Assembly (NCBI RefSeq): GCF_009914755.1
Contig: NC_060926.1
Direction: 5' to 3' (one strand)
Length of the DNA stretch: 64,000 bases
From: the human T2T-CHM13v2.0 reference genome, Homo sapiens
The position numbers and the translations under genes are program-made. The number at the start of each line of letters is the position of its first letter. Within the stretch, counting starts at the first letter, position 1. Under the pieces are notes generated by a model. It was not told the DNA's origin. It made no database searches and saw only the letters and a list, made by a program, of their open reading frames with translations. This document shows, in pieces, positions 1-17,186 of the stretch.

Positions 1-95
1 AGTACTACCTCATAAAATCCTTACATGGATTAAATGAGGCAATGCATGCAAATTACAGCACCCAGCACACAATAAGGTTGACAATGTTATCTGAC
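1..95 (+). mobile_element. MIR SINE, 3' part
   Basis: tacctcata...ggattaaatgaggcaatgcatgc...agcacacaataag resembles the MIR 3' consensus. Confidence 0.75.
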
Positions 96-506
96 ATTGG
101 CTCCATATTCAGGATTTAAGTTGGGATTTGTGAAAACCTGGTCTGCATCTTTCTGGCAGAAACTAATAGAAGAAACTCCACACAGATTAAAGATATTAAA
201 GCAGGAAAAAAAAAAGCCCACACAACCCCACAATAGATTACCAACCCAAATACCTAGCATATGGAGTCAGGAAGCAGAAGACGTCATATCTGAGTTACAG
301 CTGAAAGCTCCATCTCAGCACAGATGGGGGACACAGGACCCATGTCCATGTCTTGGGTAGGTGTGACCACTTCCACCAGGAACTATGCTCTGTGCTTCCT
401 TGCATTGCTCATGGGGAACAAATGTTGCCTCTCTATGGAGGCCAGTGCCCTCTCCACCTGGAGTATTCACAGGGGGTCTCCTAGGATTCCCTCTCATTTA
501 CTTCTT

Positions 507-967
507 ATGTAAAGACTTTTTTATTGAAAGTAACAAATATCCAAATCAAACTATAACAGGATCAGAAAGGATGGGGACAGAATGGGATCTGTATAAACAA
601 CTAGACCCAGGTACTCAGCATTCTGAGGACTTCCCTGGAATCTCTAACTCTGCTTCTCCTGGTGTATACCTTTACTTATTTATTTATTTTTAGACAAATT
701 CCTTCATGTGGTAGGATCATTGTTGTGGAGAATTCCAGTATCCTCTATTTTGTAACCTAACAGTGGCAGCTCCTGTTAAAAAATAACAAATACACCAACA
801 AATTATTTTATTGGCCTGGCTTGAGTTAAAGGGCCATCCCTGAACCAACCAATTACTGTAGCCAAAGGAATAATGAGCTATTTGTCATCCCCCATCAGAA
901 CTTCATATTTGATGTAGGCAGAAAGCAGTTCTCACAAAGAAGCAGATATTGTTTTGGGAAGATAAAC
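507..967 (-). mobile_element. MaLR LTR relic (MLT1J/K-like), very diverged
   Basis: attgaaagtaacaaatatccaaatcaaact and attggcctggcttgag...ccatccctgaaccaaccaattactgtagcc resemble old MLT1 LTRs; boundaries approximate. Confidence 0.5.
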
Positions 968-2699
968 ACTAAATAACAATAATACTTCCCTCATACACCA
1001 TCTCAGCTGTCAAATCAAGAGTGCTGACATTTAAACTATAATTTAACAGCTCGGACAATTAGAATGAACATTAACTGTAATACTGAAGTCAGACTCTAGA
1101 TATCACTATACTCTGCCAAGCATTATCTTGTCATTTGCTGGTCCATGGGGAGACTCAAGGGTTTCCAAAGGAGGTAACCACCTGGATATCAAGGACAGCA
1201 TGAGAGCACTCAAGACACTCCAGGAAGTACCTGTATGACAACCAGTATAAAAGTATTTCAGTATTTTTACAACAGTTTGCTCATTCCACTATATACTGGT
1301 TGCATTACATCTAACCAAATACCCAACTGTCCAGCATGTGGATGACACCCTTTACTATTCACTCATGTTGATAAAGATTTCTTTTCCTCTTTTCTGCATA
1401 TTCTGTTGCTTGCTTCAAGGTGAATTCGAAAGGGAAGAAACAGCAACTTTCATGCTAACAGCTTGCCTAGAAATGTCTGGAATTTTAAAGATAACATTTT
1501 TCACTATAAACCAAAACTCATGGATGCATGGAAACTTAGGAAACTGGTCTGGTCCCTGCATCTGAATGTGCCTTTGCTCCTAGAATGCCCAGGGACCTTG
1601 GAAGAAATCTGAATTCTACATTTGAGAGCAAGCATACTGTATATCAGGGTCCAGAGAAGTGAGTCCCAAATATGATTTTGCTGTCTCCAAAATCTTGTAA
1701 AAATGCAGATATGAGTCTTTGAATGTTTGGTTGTATTTATTTTGTCATTGTTATTTCTTCATTTTGCTTGAGATTTATGAAAACTAAAAACCACAACTGA
1801 ATATTCCTCATACCCCACTAATTGTTCTATAGAGAAACCTTTCTGTTCCTTCCTAATCTCAACTGGACTCAGCCCAACTGGAATAAACCGAGGAGCTTTA
1901 TCAAGCTGATTAAACCCTCCCGCCACACACATGCATTCCCTCCCTATTCCCCAAATGACCACATACTTTAAAGAAAGAGACCACAATTAGTATCTTGAAG
2001 ATATTTCAACTTGTTTTAAAAATATAATATCTTTCCCTGGGGTCATTATTTTTCTGTTTTCCTATCTCTTTCAGAGCTATCAGAATTCTCTGAATTTTTT
2101 CCCATAAAGACACCTACAGCATGAATAGGCTTTTTTTTCCCCACTGTGTTTTAAACTGTGGAATCAGTTGATTTCAAAAATAATAAAAAGTATTTTTTTT
2201 GTTAGCAAAATGTCGAGGTGCTTGTAGGTTATTTTAGTTATATATGGAATTCCTAAAATAAAATAGAGGAAAGCCAGATGCTTTAGGAATCATGTGAATT
2301 AAAGTGGAAAAGAACCATATCATCTGAGAAAGCAATGCCCAGCTTTTTCTTTGATTGTAATGTATTGGCCATCCTTTGTTAATGAAATCTTCTAGGCCGT
2401 CACCAAATCTGTCTTTACTAGAGCCACCAGAAGACTGGGTTCAAGGTCTTTTCTTCATAAGCCTTGAGGAGGAAGATTTGCTGCTGATTATGCAATGCCA
2501 GAGAGCATTTCATTCGGTTTGAGAGGACAGATGCACACACCACAAGCCCATCCTGCTTAGCTCAGTGGGGTCAACTTTCCACACAAGTAACCAGAGAGCT
2601 CTACGTATGACTTGTGTAATTCATAAAGCATTGGCAGCTTTTTGCTGCTCTGGTTCCTACTCCTCTTTCAATCTTATTTTGTACTACAACCCACCATGC

Positions 2700-3285
2700 A
2701 CAGTGGACCTTGAACACACCAAATGACTCTCCGTTCTACACCTACCAACACACAAACATGTTTATTCCATTCTTTTTATTATCTGAAATCCCCTTCCTGT
2801 GCTTTACCAGTTAAAATATTAATAACATAGAAGTTCTTCAGCAAACAATATAGAGCTAGGTAAATCATAAGAATTTAGTGATTGGCAGCTGCTCTTTTCA
2901 CCATCATCATCATCGTCACCACCACCACCTACTACTGTGCTTGCCATTACTATCCTCAAGGATGTCGCTCAAAGGCCACCTCTCCCGAGAAAACCTTCTT
3001 GATCCTCTAGTCAGAACTAATGGTATCACCCCTCATACTCTGTGCTTCTTTGACTCAGCTCACCACTGATTTCACTTTACATTGCATTACAGTTGGTTTA
3101 TTGTTGTCTTTGCTATTGTTGTTATTTATATATAAGTTCACACATTAGTGTACTCCCTGAGAACAGAAATCATGACTAATTTTGTAGAGTACCCATCCAC
3201 ATTCTGGTAACGCTTTATGTTTTTTGTGGTCAAAGCACAAAAAGTGTAGTAGGCACTTGGTAAACATTAGTTAAATTGGATGGGC
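2700..3285 (+). mobile_element. L2 LINE 3' relic
   Basis: ctcaaaggccacctctcccgagaaaaccttc and terminal gtaggcacttggtaaacattagttaaattg resemble the L2 3' end. Confidence 0.55.
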
Positions 3286-3959
3286 CAAAATAAAATTTTC
3301 TTATTTTGTTTATGTTTTAATGTTTGATCTGGGTTCTTGGATTTCCTGTACTGCATCTCATCTTCTGTAACTTCTTCAGTAAAGTTAAGCATGCTTATCT
3401 TTTCACATATTTATTTCAGAAATTGATTCTGATAGTTGGTACATAAATGTTCTCAGTCATTAGTAGAATTTGACTACCCTGGAATGAACTTCATGCGTTT
3501 CTTCAAATGTGCGTTTCTTTCAGATCCCCGCAGAAACAAAAGTCTAGGTTCCTCTTGATATTTTCACAGGATATCCTCTGACCCCTAAATTAATTTGAGA
3601 GTACTGTAGGAAGCAGGGAAAGATTTGTTTGGGTTTCAAATCCCAAAACCTGACCCCCTGACTCTCGGCCCCAAACTACACAGGAAATTTCTAACAGTAA
3701 ATCAAGAGCCCAAAGTGCATTTAGCACAGACAGAGAAAAGAAAAGCAAAAACTGGGAATGACCATAGGATCATTTTTATTGTAATTTAAAGATAATCTGT
3801 CAGCATAGAGGAAATGTAGTCATTGACTGCACCACGTAATCGTATAACTCGTTGCAGAAAAACTCACTGGTCCCTTTTTTATCCTCAGTCAGAGTTAGAG
3901 GTACAGAGAATAAACAGACCACATGTACCACTTTCTAAACATAGGATTAATTACCCACT

Positions 3960-4372
3960 GTTCAGACCCCAGCTCTTTGCTTTTATTCACTCTCTACCTC
4001 TAATTCCCACATTCATATCTTACCTCTGTGCAGCTGATTCTCAAATTTGTAATTTAGATCCAGCTTCATCAAAGTCAAGACCATATACCAAGTGCACTGC
4101 ATGTCTCCAACTGTGCAACCCACGGGGATCACAGTCAAATGTCCAAAGCCAAAACTGTCTTCAATGCAGTCCCCTCCCTGGTTACATGACCGACCCTTAT
4201 CATCATGCCAAATCTCCCAGGCTGAAAGTCTCAGGGCCTCTTTTGAGGCCTTTTCCTTTCTTCACATCCAGTTAACTTCCATGGCTTATAATTCTTGGAC
4301 CAGGCTTTTCATTCAAACAATGCAGCAATTCCTTAACCGCCTGTTCAGATTCTCACATCTGTGACTGCTCTT
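3960..4372 (+). mobile_element. L2 LINE relic, interrupted by L1PA7 and continuing at about 5656-5900
   Basis: gctgattctcaaatttgta, tcaaatgtccaaagcc; resumes after the L1 with tcatgttgttcccctaatcaaaaactttccctggctcccc and ends ...taaatatttttgaattgaat. Confidence 0.6.
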
Positions 4373-4387
4373 AAAACACAGCTCTGG

Positions 4388-5639
<1,252 letters not shown>

Positions 5640-8239
5640 AAAACCACAGCTCTGGTCATGTTGTTCCCCTAATCAAAAACTTTCCCTGGCTCCCCATCAT
5701 CTCCTTAGGCACCCAAGGCTAGTCAGGTCATCCCAGTCTCCCATTCTTACCATGCACATTAACCACAGTTGCATATGTGAGGGTTATATCCACTCTGTAT
5801 AAGTTGCTTTCTATATATGCTTCATCTCTATACCCCTTACAGCCTTGCCCTGTGCTTTTCACATAGTAGATGTCATTAAATATTTTTGAATTGAATTTCA
5901 TATGCCTATCTTTATTTCAGAGCCCTAGTTTTTGACCCACTCTAATGAAATCCTGCTTTTATCATACACCATTTCAAGCCTGGTCCAGATTCCCCTAGTC
6001 CAAATTTCTGAAAAGTTGGGCAAAATCCAGGCTTACATTTATCTTTGCAATAGCTACCTGAGAAGTAAATTAATAGTGTAAACTAGCTAGCATGGGTTGT
6101 GCTTGACCTAGTTAAAAAAAAAAAAAAAAAAAAACTTTAAAGCATGGAGGACTTTTTACACTCACTTAGTATGCTTTTTTACCTACACTTATCTCATACT
6201 TATCTGACCCTAATTGCATCCTAAATTTATTGAGATGCATTTCTTGTAAATCTTTATAATCAGACCAGTCCCACTCCACTGATTCAAATCAGTGAGGCTT
6301 GACTGCCTGTATAATGATTATTCAACTACTGTCAATTCTTTGACCTCCTACTTTTCAATGATAAATGCAAAGTGAGTCTGCTCTGCATGGCATTAAAACT
6401 GACTACCCTTTTCTACCTTAAATTTGTGGAAAAGACTGAGTCATCCACCTGAAGGGAAGAGCAGCAGCAGCAGGATTGTGGGCCACCCCCCCATGCCTTG
6501 AACAACTGGTGTAACCTCCTTGTGCCTTTTGAGTTCTTCATCTGTGAAAGGAAAAGCAATGATCAGTGCTCCTGTGTCTAGACTCCAGCCTGCCTGGCCA
6601 TGTGAACCCAGAAGCATTTTCCTTTTCCAGGCCTTGAAGGCTTGAGGCCAGCTGAGTTGTTAAGGGTAAATCCTTACTCCCTGGTTACTGCCAGGTGGGG
6701 ATACCTGGCTCTGAAACCAGCCTTGGACCAGGTTTGACCTTTTTACCCCAATCTCCTATCCACACCTCTTTAGCTAACTGATGAGGTTCCTATTACCCCA
6801 ATTGCCCTGAGCAATAGTACTCAATCACTGCTGCATCTAGCACAACATGGAAGCAATTTTAAGAATTCTGGCCTCCAGTACCTACAGACATCATTGAACT
6901 GGGGGAATATGCTGTGGCTGGATGCTTCATGTGGTGTTAATTAAAAACAACCTGAATTTTTACAAATGCAGCTGTACCGCCCACTTACACTCCTCTGTAG
7001 TTTCCATTTAACAACCATTAAAAGCAGTGTCTGTCCCTTTAACTTCACAGAAACCACCAGTAATTCACTTTAAAGCACAGAATTCCAAAGGACTGATTCT
7101 TAATTAATCTTTGCAGGGGAGACATTTTCCCACGCAAGTTAGCATGTGAGTGATAACCCAGTGCTGCAATATCCCACTCAATTTGCCTTAATACTCACAT
7201 AAGCAAGGAACTAGAGACCTAGGGAAACCAGTAACTCCTTGGAAGACTGCCATCTACTATCATGTTACTTTGCCCTAGAAGCTGCCCTTCAGGATATATT
7301 ACATTAGGAAGGACTTCCTTAGAAAAGGGGTGGTTCAGGACAAATTACTCAGTGTGTGCTCATGCCTACATACACGGATATGTTGGAAATACTTGACCTG
7401 TTAATGTAACTTTCTTGGCCTCTGTTTTCTCACATGTTCAAAGGAATAATAATCCCTACTCATTTTGAGGCCATTGTAAAATAAATTGACATCATTGGTA
7501 AACTGCTGTTCAATGTATGATGCAAGGATAGTGTTCTCTTTGCACAAAGGAGTGGGTAACTGCTCATATCACCCTCCATCCCAAATTTCCCTTTCTCCCT
7601 ACAACATGTTTATTCCATTCAATATAAAATCATAGGGGAATGTTGCCAGACACTGCCATAAAGAGGAGAAAAAGAAAAATTAAAAGTGATCATTATCCAT
7701 GCACCCAATATACTTCACTCATTTTAAGACAGGGATAAAGTGGTCAGCCTATGCATAACATATTGTGCTTTATAAATAAGTCCATTTGAGAGGGAAATGT
7801 TAATGTACTCAAACAAGCACAATTCAACATTGCCTTGAACAAGAGATGTACAGATAGCAGGACACACGCACACACAATGGTATATGATTATTTCAAAGTA
7901 AAAATTGGTTACAGTGTATGTTAAGGACAGCCGTGGAGGTAAAACAATCAGAAAATGGCAGTCTGAAGGCTGGGCATGAAAGTATAACGAGCAGTTCAAC
8001 CTTTACAGTTTTTGATGGGAGTTATTACAATTTATGGGATTATTGTATGAGTAAACTTTCTGCTATTTTCAACATGTGGGCCACCTCTTTTGATCACAAT
8101 CAGAAGCCTCTCTGTGTACCTCCCCAGAATCCTCTCTGTCACTTTTGAGCTTGGGCATTAGTGAGTTCATCATTAAGATGATCCTTGACTGGAGGAAATA
8201 AGGCAAAGGAACTTTGTGACTAACAAAATCATGTCTTGG

Positions 8240-9146
8240 CAAAAGACTAGTATCCGAAATCTACAAGGAACTCAAATAAGCTAGAAAAAATAATAATAAT
8301 AATCCCATCAAAAAGTGGGCAAAGGACACAAATAGACATTTTTCAAAAGAAGATATGAACATCCAACAAACATGAAAAAACGTTCAACATCACTAATCAT
8401 CAGGGAAAGGCAAATTAAAACCGCAATGAGATACCACCTTATTCCTGCAAGAATGGCCATAATTAAGATGTCAAAAAAACCATAGCTGTTGGGATTGATG
8501 TGGTGAAAAGGGAACACTTTTACACTGCTGGTAGGAATGTAAATTAATACAACCACTATGGAAAATGATATGGAGATTCCTTAAGGAAATAAAAGTAGAA
8601 CTACCATTCAATCCAGCAATCCCACTACTAGGTATCTACCCAAAAGAAAAGAAGTCATTATATTAAAAAGACACCTGTGCATGCATATTTATAGCAGCAC
8701 AAGTCGCAATTGCAAAGATATGGAACCAACCTAAGTGCCCAATGGCCAATGAATGGATCAATAAAATGTGGTACATGTACACCAGGGAATACTACTCAGC
8801 CATAAAAAAAGAACAAAATAATGCCTTTTGCAGCAACTTGGATGAAACTGGAGGCCATTATTCTAAGTGAAGTAACTCAGGAATAGAAAACCAAATACCA
8901 TATCTTCTCACTTATAAGTGGGAGTTAAACTATGAGAATGTAGAGGCATAAGAGTGATATAATGGACTTTTGGGAGTCGGTGGGGAAGGTGAGGAGTGGG
9001 GTGAGAGATAAAAGACTACATATTGGGTACAGTGTACACTGCTCAGGTGATGCCTGCACTAAAATCTCAGAAATCACCACTAGAGAACTTATCCATGTAA
9101 GCAGAAACCACCTGTCTCTCAAAAACTACTGAAATAAAATAATTTT
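8240..9146 (+). mobile_element. 5'-truncated L1PB-type element
   Basis: ORF2 end and L1PB-type 3'UTR (gggtacagtgtacactgctcaggtgatg...aaatcaccact); TSD aaaatcatgtcttgg (8225-8239) / aaaattatgtcttgg (9147-9161). Confidence 0.9.
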
Positions 9147-9709
9147 AAAATTATGTCTTGGGTAATTGTTTTGAGATTGATGGTGCACAGTAGTGTTTGA
9201 AAACTCATAAAAGGGAAGAAGACCCTCAAAGAATATGTGGTCAAATCCCCTCATTCCTCATTGCCCAGATAGAGGCATTAAAGCTCCTAAAGCAAAAGAG
9301 ACCTACCCAAGGCCACAGTGTAAGGGAAGGAGAAAGCTGTTGGGAAGCCCATCCAGTAAGACTGGCCTCATCTCACATGTGAGAAGGGATCACCGCCATT
9401 TTCCCAAGGAATGATCTAGAGTCAACCTCAAGGGGTCTAACATCATTGTTACTCCAGGGAGTAACTGATCATTTAATTGAAAACAAGTAGTTCAAGAGGA
9501 AAATTTGTGCCAAATGAAAATTCTTATCTCTAGTTTTCCTCTTCCTGGAAATTTTGGTGCATCATGTGAGCAGTTTCTCAAATTTTCAGCTTTTTAATGC
9601 AGCTTTATATATCTCATTAAACTCTTGGTTTGAGGTGATAAAGTTGTCCTACTTTTTTCTATTTTTCTATACATAATTTTCAGGCATTTATTTCTGCTCT
9701 TTTTGCTTA

Positions 9710-11305
<1,596 letters not shown>

Positions 11306-11926
11306 AAAACCCTGAACATTTGCAATCACCACTTCACAGTCTTTCAATCTGTGTATACTCAAGAGTAATGTGGCAATTTCATTATAGATTTCTAGCACCT
11401 CTATTCCCTAAGTAAATTTGCCCTTTTTCCTAAATTTAAACTCATTTCTATCAGTAGTGCCTCCTGTATATCTTTGACCATCTTTATCACTTTTTTATTT
11501 GCACATCATTTTCATGCATCAGAATATTCTATGTAACCAAACTCTGCAGCATTATGTTGCCATCATTGAATGATATACTTTTTTTCCTGAAATTCAAGAC
11601 TATTGTGAAAGCATGAACAAACTCACTAAAGATGTAGGGACAAGCTATGTCTGAGTTTTTAGATTCATTGGCATTAAGAGCAGAGTCAAATGCAAAGATG
11701 AGAGATGTGACTGACCAGAAGGATACTGAATGAAGGTCAGACCAACAGCTGGGGGTCCCAGAAGTTCCCACTGTTACCCACCTAGGCACAGAAATCTGCA
11801 CTAGACATTTGGAAAAGAGTCAGGAGTTGAAAACCAAGTAACAATCCTGCTGTGTGTTGGGCACTCTGAAATGGCAGAGGTAAACTCCATATATTACATG
11901 TTTAATGTAATAAAAAATAAGGCTTT

Positions 11927-12560
11927 CTACCCAAAAACAGGCATACAATGTTTATAGCAGATTTCTTCATGACTGGCAAAACTTGGAAGCAACCAAGATG
12001 TTCTTCAGTATGTGAATAAATAAACTGTGGTACATCCAGACAACAGAGTATTAGTCAGTACTAAAGATAAATGAGCTATCAAGCCATGAAAAGACATGGA
12101 GGAGGCATACGTGCATATTACTAAGAGAAAGAAGCTAATCTGAAAGGCTACATGCTGTGTGATTCCAACTATGTAACATTCTGGAAAAGGCGAAACTATG
12201 GAGATTGTAAAGATGAGTAGTTGCTTGCGGCTACGGGGAAGGAGGGATAAAGAAGAGAAGCATGGAGAATTTTCAGGGCAGTGAAAATATTTTGTATGAT
12301 ACTATAATTGTGGGTACCTGGCATTATACATTTGTCCAAATCCATAGAATGCACAGCACCAAGAGTGAACCCTAATGTAAACTATGAACTTTGAGTGATG
12401 ATGGTATGTCAATGTAGGTTCATCAGTTGTAGCAAACATATCACTCTGGTGGGGGATGTTGATGATGGGGGGAGGTAGGGAGGCTATGAAAAATCACTGT
12501 ACCTTCCTCTCAAGTTTGTAGTGAATCTAGAACTGTTCCAAAAAAAATTGTCTATTAAAA
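11927..12560 (+). mobile_element. L1MC1-like 3' end
   Basis: aatgagctatcaagccatgaaaagacatggagg...attctggaaaaggcgaaactatggag...aagagtgaaccctaatgtaaactatg are L1MC 3'UTR hallmarks. Confidence 0.85.
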
Positions 12561-12589
12561 AGCACAAGCTTTGATTATCTTTAATCATC

Positions 12590-12840
12590 ATCATAACAGC
12601 TAGCACTGAGTGTTTACTCAGTGCCGGACATCTCTCTAAGTCCTTTGTATGAATTAATTCATTTAATTCTCCAAGGAGCCCTCAAAGGTAAGTGCTAGGT
12701 TCACCTGCATTTCACAGATGCAGACGCAAGACACAGAACAGGTGTGTGATTTGCACAAAGTCACACAGCTATAGCTTTCCCATGCAGGAGTCAGGATCCT
12801 GATTTCAGTTTCTTCCATTGTTTCTGAAGCTTTGTGCTGC
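12590..12840 (-). mobile_element. MIR SINE
   Basis: tgagtgtttactcagtgccgg...catttaattctc...catttcacagatg...aaagtcacacagcta. Confidence 0.75.
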
Positions 12841-14329
12841 ACCTTCACGTCTGAGTGGCAGTTGTAATATGAAGGGGAAGAGGTGAATAATTCAGAGCCT
12901 GTCTAGGAAGGCTGTTTCCTGGGCAAAGACCAGGAGACTTCCCAGATTTTGCTGTGGCTTGGACTGTGCAGAGGGGCCCTGACCCCTCCCCCATCACAAT
13001 GGCAATGGCGAGGGTCAGGGGCAGGGGTGCTGTGCCAGTTCACTGCCTGCGGGACACTGCCCCTATTTCCCCTGGTGAGCTCCAGGTGGACGACCAGGTC
13101 CTCACCCCTGCAGCACGGCCTGATTGAGGTTCTGCAATATACAGGAAGCTGATGAGGATTTCACGGCCACCTCTTCCACCTTGGGCAAAGGGCACCGCTG
13201 TTTGTTTTCATGAGAATTGAGCTGGAGGAGCTGAAGGTGTTTTCAATGAAGGCCCACCTGTGTCATGTTAAGGAACACGCAGGAACCATGGCTTTGAACT
13301 TCAGTGCTGAGGATTATTTGTTTTTCCTGAAAGTAGTGGAAAAGCAGCCTATGAGTATCTGTAGGGTCCACAGTGGGCTGAGGATGGCTGCCAACCCCTG
13401 CCACAACAGACACACCTACAAACCTGGGGGTGGCCACTGGCACCGAAGTGACCTTGCCATACTGGGAATCAGACACTTCAGCACAGGAGGCTGCCCTGTT
13501 TCCAAAATCAAGAAACCTGTGGTTGCTTCCCCAGAGTAACCACAGCCCAGCTACCTTCTCTCCCAGAACACACCTAGGCTCTATGCTTCCTCCTGCCTGC
13601 CTGACACCCATCTCCTCAACAGGAAGAAAGTCCTAGTCCTGCCTGCTTTGCTTTCTCCCAGAGCAGCCCCAGAAACATGGAGATGATGTTTGAGGGACAC
13701 TCCAAGGAGCAGTTGTCCAAAATCAGATGGACCTCAAAGCCTCCTGGCTAAGAGCACAAGAATCAAGCAGCAAAATCTTCCCCCAAGCTCCCCTTCCACT
13801 TCTTTCCCCAATGTGGCCCACTGTTCTGTTCTCCTGAATCACATTGTAGGCTCCAAAATCTTCCTAAAACAAACAAACAAATTTGTATCACCTTAGGGCT
13901 AGATCATTTCCCTATGGCTCTAGAGGAGAGTAATTTATAACCCAACTGATACTGCTGGGACATTAATTGGTGACTTCAACCTTTATCATCTTCCCCTCTT
14001 ACAGACATCTCTGGTTTGAACAGAAGACTGAGGCAGGCAACATTTAACTCAACAGATGGCTTTGCCAACGGTGAAATTCCTGGCACTGCAATCCTAGTCT
14101 GGTGCCTGGGACCATGGCTGTATCCCCGGCTTTCTGGGGCCCCAGTGAGTGCCCCCCATCACCCACAGTTGCAGCTGTCCACACGCACTGTGGTGAAGGC
14201 TAGCTCCCTGACACTGCAGGCTGAGTTTCTACAAGTTTAAGAGACGCTGCACCAAATCAGGACCATGACAGCTGCCTCATTCTCTGAGCTACTTTTGTGT
14301 AATTTAGCAAATCACACTGGGAAGAGCCC

Positions 14330-14530
14330 ACCCTGAAGCTAGAAGACCAGAATTGGAGCCCCAGGTCTTCCCAGCAACCGCCCCTCTGTCTTGAAGGATT
14401 AAAAGCCTACGCTTCAGATGTTTCACACTAGGGTAAAACAGTGATACTAACAAAGACGTCTGCCTCCCAAGTTCATTGTGAAGATGCTATGACGTATTAG
14501 AAAACATTTTGTGATCTATAAATGTTTCAC
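14330..14530 (+). mobile_element. MIR relic
   Basis: agaagaccagaattggagcccc...gtaaaacagtgatactaac...cctcccaagttcattgtgaagat. Confidence 0.5.
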
Positions 14531-16859
14531 AAGTAAAGACATTTCTGTTATTAGAAGCTATGTCAAAAAAACATATTGAAAAGTCCATGGGAAATGTAGC
14601 TTTATATGTAAATGTTCATTCACAATTTTATTTCTATTTCTTTGGTCAGCAGCACAAGCATTTAATGTAATTGCTCCAGGACCACATGGTTATGTGCTGC
14701 AGGAAAAGCATAAGACACATGAGACACAGCCTCATGTGTCTCCTCTGTGCAGTCCAGTTACAGTCTGATTTGAAGGTCAGGACACATGTGAAGTAACCAC
14801 ACAGGCAATGCAGGACAGACATCCTCATGTCAGGTGCCTGATTTACAAATGCAAGACTTGTAGACAATTCGTGCTCAACAGCCATTGCCCATCTGATCTC
14901 TTCCACTACCACAGTTGTCCAGGACTCCTTGGCAGGAGGAGTCTCACCCCGTGCATCACAGTCCCTCTCCTGCTCATGCCAAATCCTCTTCCCACCTTGA
15001 GCCAAAACTGGAGTTGGGAACACGTTCTTCCAGAAAAGCAGTAAGCTCAGTGGTATCATCAGGGTCTGAGCCCTCCAGGTTGGTCAGATGCCCCTTCTCT
15101 GAGTTCTCTATCACAGCACTATGCACACACACTTGTAACTCCCAGAAATCAGGGTCTGTACCAATTTTATCTTTGTATCCACAATGTCTGGGCCATTGTG
15201 GGCTCAAAGTGGTCCAAAAAATATTTGTGGGATAAACAAATAAAGGAATAAACTATAGCACAGGCTAAATGTGCTTTGGGAGGCTAGCCTGAGAACAAAA
15301 CCCATATGCTAGCCTGGGAACTATTGTTAAACTAGAAGAATAAAGAAAAGAGGATTTTTAACTGACATCAAAAAAATGAAAATATAGGTGAGCAAATGTG
15401 TTTGTTGTAAATATGTAAGCATGGAGAATCTTGAAAAAGAAAACATATTAGTTTATTAACTATATTAAAGGAGGGGAAAGAGTTGGAGGAGAAGATAAAA
15501 AGGGGGAAGAGAAAAAAACTGTAAACAACCATATATATGTATCTATGTATAATTTGAAAAGGAGAATGAAAATGCCCAGGCATGAGACAAATAAGAAATC
15601 AGAGATAACCCATGTGAGGAAATAAGCTGAATGTTCCCAAACACAAATGAGAAGAAAACAGAGCCAAGACCAGGAATCCAAAGGACACCTTGACAGCAGC
15701 AATGTCTGGGCGTGGTGCTCCCTAAAAGATCCGGAGCCCCAGAATAGTGGCTTTAGGCTTTCCCACTATTGTGTCCAACTCCAGCCGAGGACAGGTTCAA
15801 ATAAAATGGTTCACACAGCTATGCCTGCATCATATGAGCTGAACTAATATCAACAATTACATCAGGAAAAATGTGTTTACCTTGGTTTCCCGCCACAGAA
15901 AATGGGTCCAAAATGATGTTGAACATACGCCTTTCATTTCTGCGGCTTTAGAAGAACAAATAATTTAACAGGTGGGACTCAGAATTCCAAGGTTTTTTTT
16001 TTTTTTTCAGGGGAGGGGATAGCATCTTTTTGTTGTTGTTATTTATAGTAGAGTATTAAACATTCCTCTGTTGGTCAATGGAATCTGGAACCCTTCTTAA
16101 CAAACCTCTGTGAGTTATATTTATTTTGCAGAAGCTCTCCTAATGATCACATTAGCAGCAAGTTGGAAAAGCCCAGTGAGTCCAATCAGACTGACTGTAC
16201 TTTTGCATGTTATCAGTACAATATGTTGCTTCAACTGAAAGGCTAAATTCTCTAACTGCCCCCAAAATTGATCCAGACAGCAGAAAGGGAGGAAATTCAT
16301 TCTACTTTAACACAGCAATTGGTCCAGACTTCACGCAATATCATTTCAGTCTAGAATTTTCATCATCACTGCCAAAAACATCATACAGAAACATTACATG
16401 ACTTGCACTCAGTTTCACTCTCCAAAAAACAGCCATCTTGTTCCAGGCCTAAGGAGAAAAAATGAAATTAAAGGGAGATGAGGTGGGGAGGAATCACATG
16501 GAGCATTTTTAACTGTTTCTCACTGCCTGGTTTCTCAGTTTCACAACAATTATTGACAAATCAATGAAGTTTTGATATTAAGAACAGCCAGAAGTTCCTC
16601 CATATGTCAAATGCTCCATTTCTCAAACTAAAACCCTCTATTCATAGTTGCATGAGGGTATCTTGCTCGCCTTTTTGCTTTTACTTATCTGTCCTATATC
16701 CCAGATCATTCAGGGAACTGGAATGTTTATGCTAGGTATCAGAAAATATCCCAATGATTTACACAAATTAGAGCGTGCATCAGTTTATGGTAACTCTACT
16801 ATAATGAACAAGCCCAAAAATATATACTGTGTCAAACACAATATGCTAAATAACTTTCT

Positions 16860-17186
16860 CACATAAAGTTCAAAATAGGTGATACAGACTGGTGGGCAGG
16901 CCTTCCACATGGGATTCAGAGACCTTTGACCCTTCCACATGCTCAGTTCTCTGCTAGGGCCATAGAGTCCTCAGTATTCAGCCAGAACACAGGGGATCAG
17001 AGGGTGGAAAGGGCAAATTCACTTCTGAAAAATCTCAGTCCAGAATGACACACATACTTCCACTCATAATCCATTGGTTAGGACCTAATCATCCATCTGC
17101 AAAGAAGGCTGGGGAATGTTGTATAGCTGTGTGTTCTGAAAGAGGAGGAAACAAGGTTAGTGAAAAGCTTGCTACTGTCTGCCATA
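16860..17186 (-). mobile_element. MaLR LTR relic (MLT1K/L-like)
   Basis: cacatacttccactcataatccattgg...gcaaagaaggctggggaatgttgtatagctgtgtg...tctgccata. Confidence 0.65.

Noticed and set aside
1225-1310. Possible hAT-Tip100 DNA transposon relic
   Set aside because: Resemblance from memory only; termini not identifiable
3823-4275. 150-aa ORF
   Set aside because: Overlaps an L2 relic, non-ATG start, no coherent protein similarity
15899-15971. Exon-like segment (ttcccgccacAG ... cag|GTggga)
   Set aside because: Stops in all three frames; splice-like sites alone are insufficient
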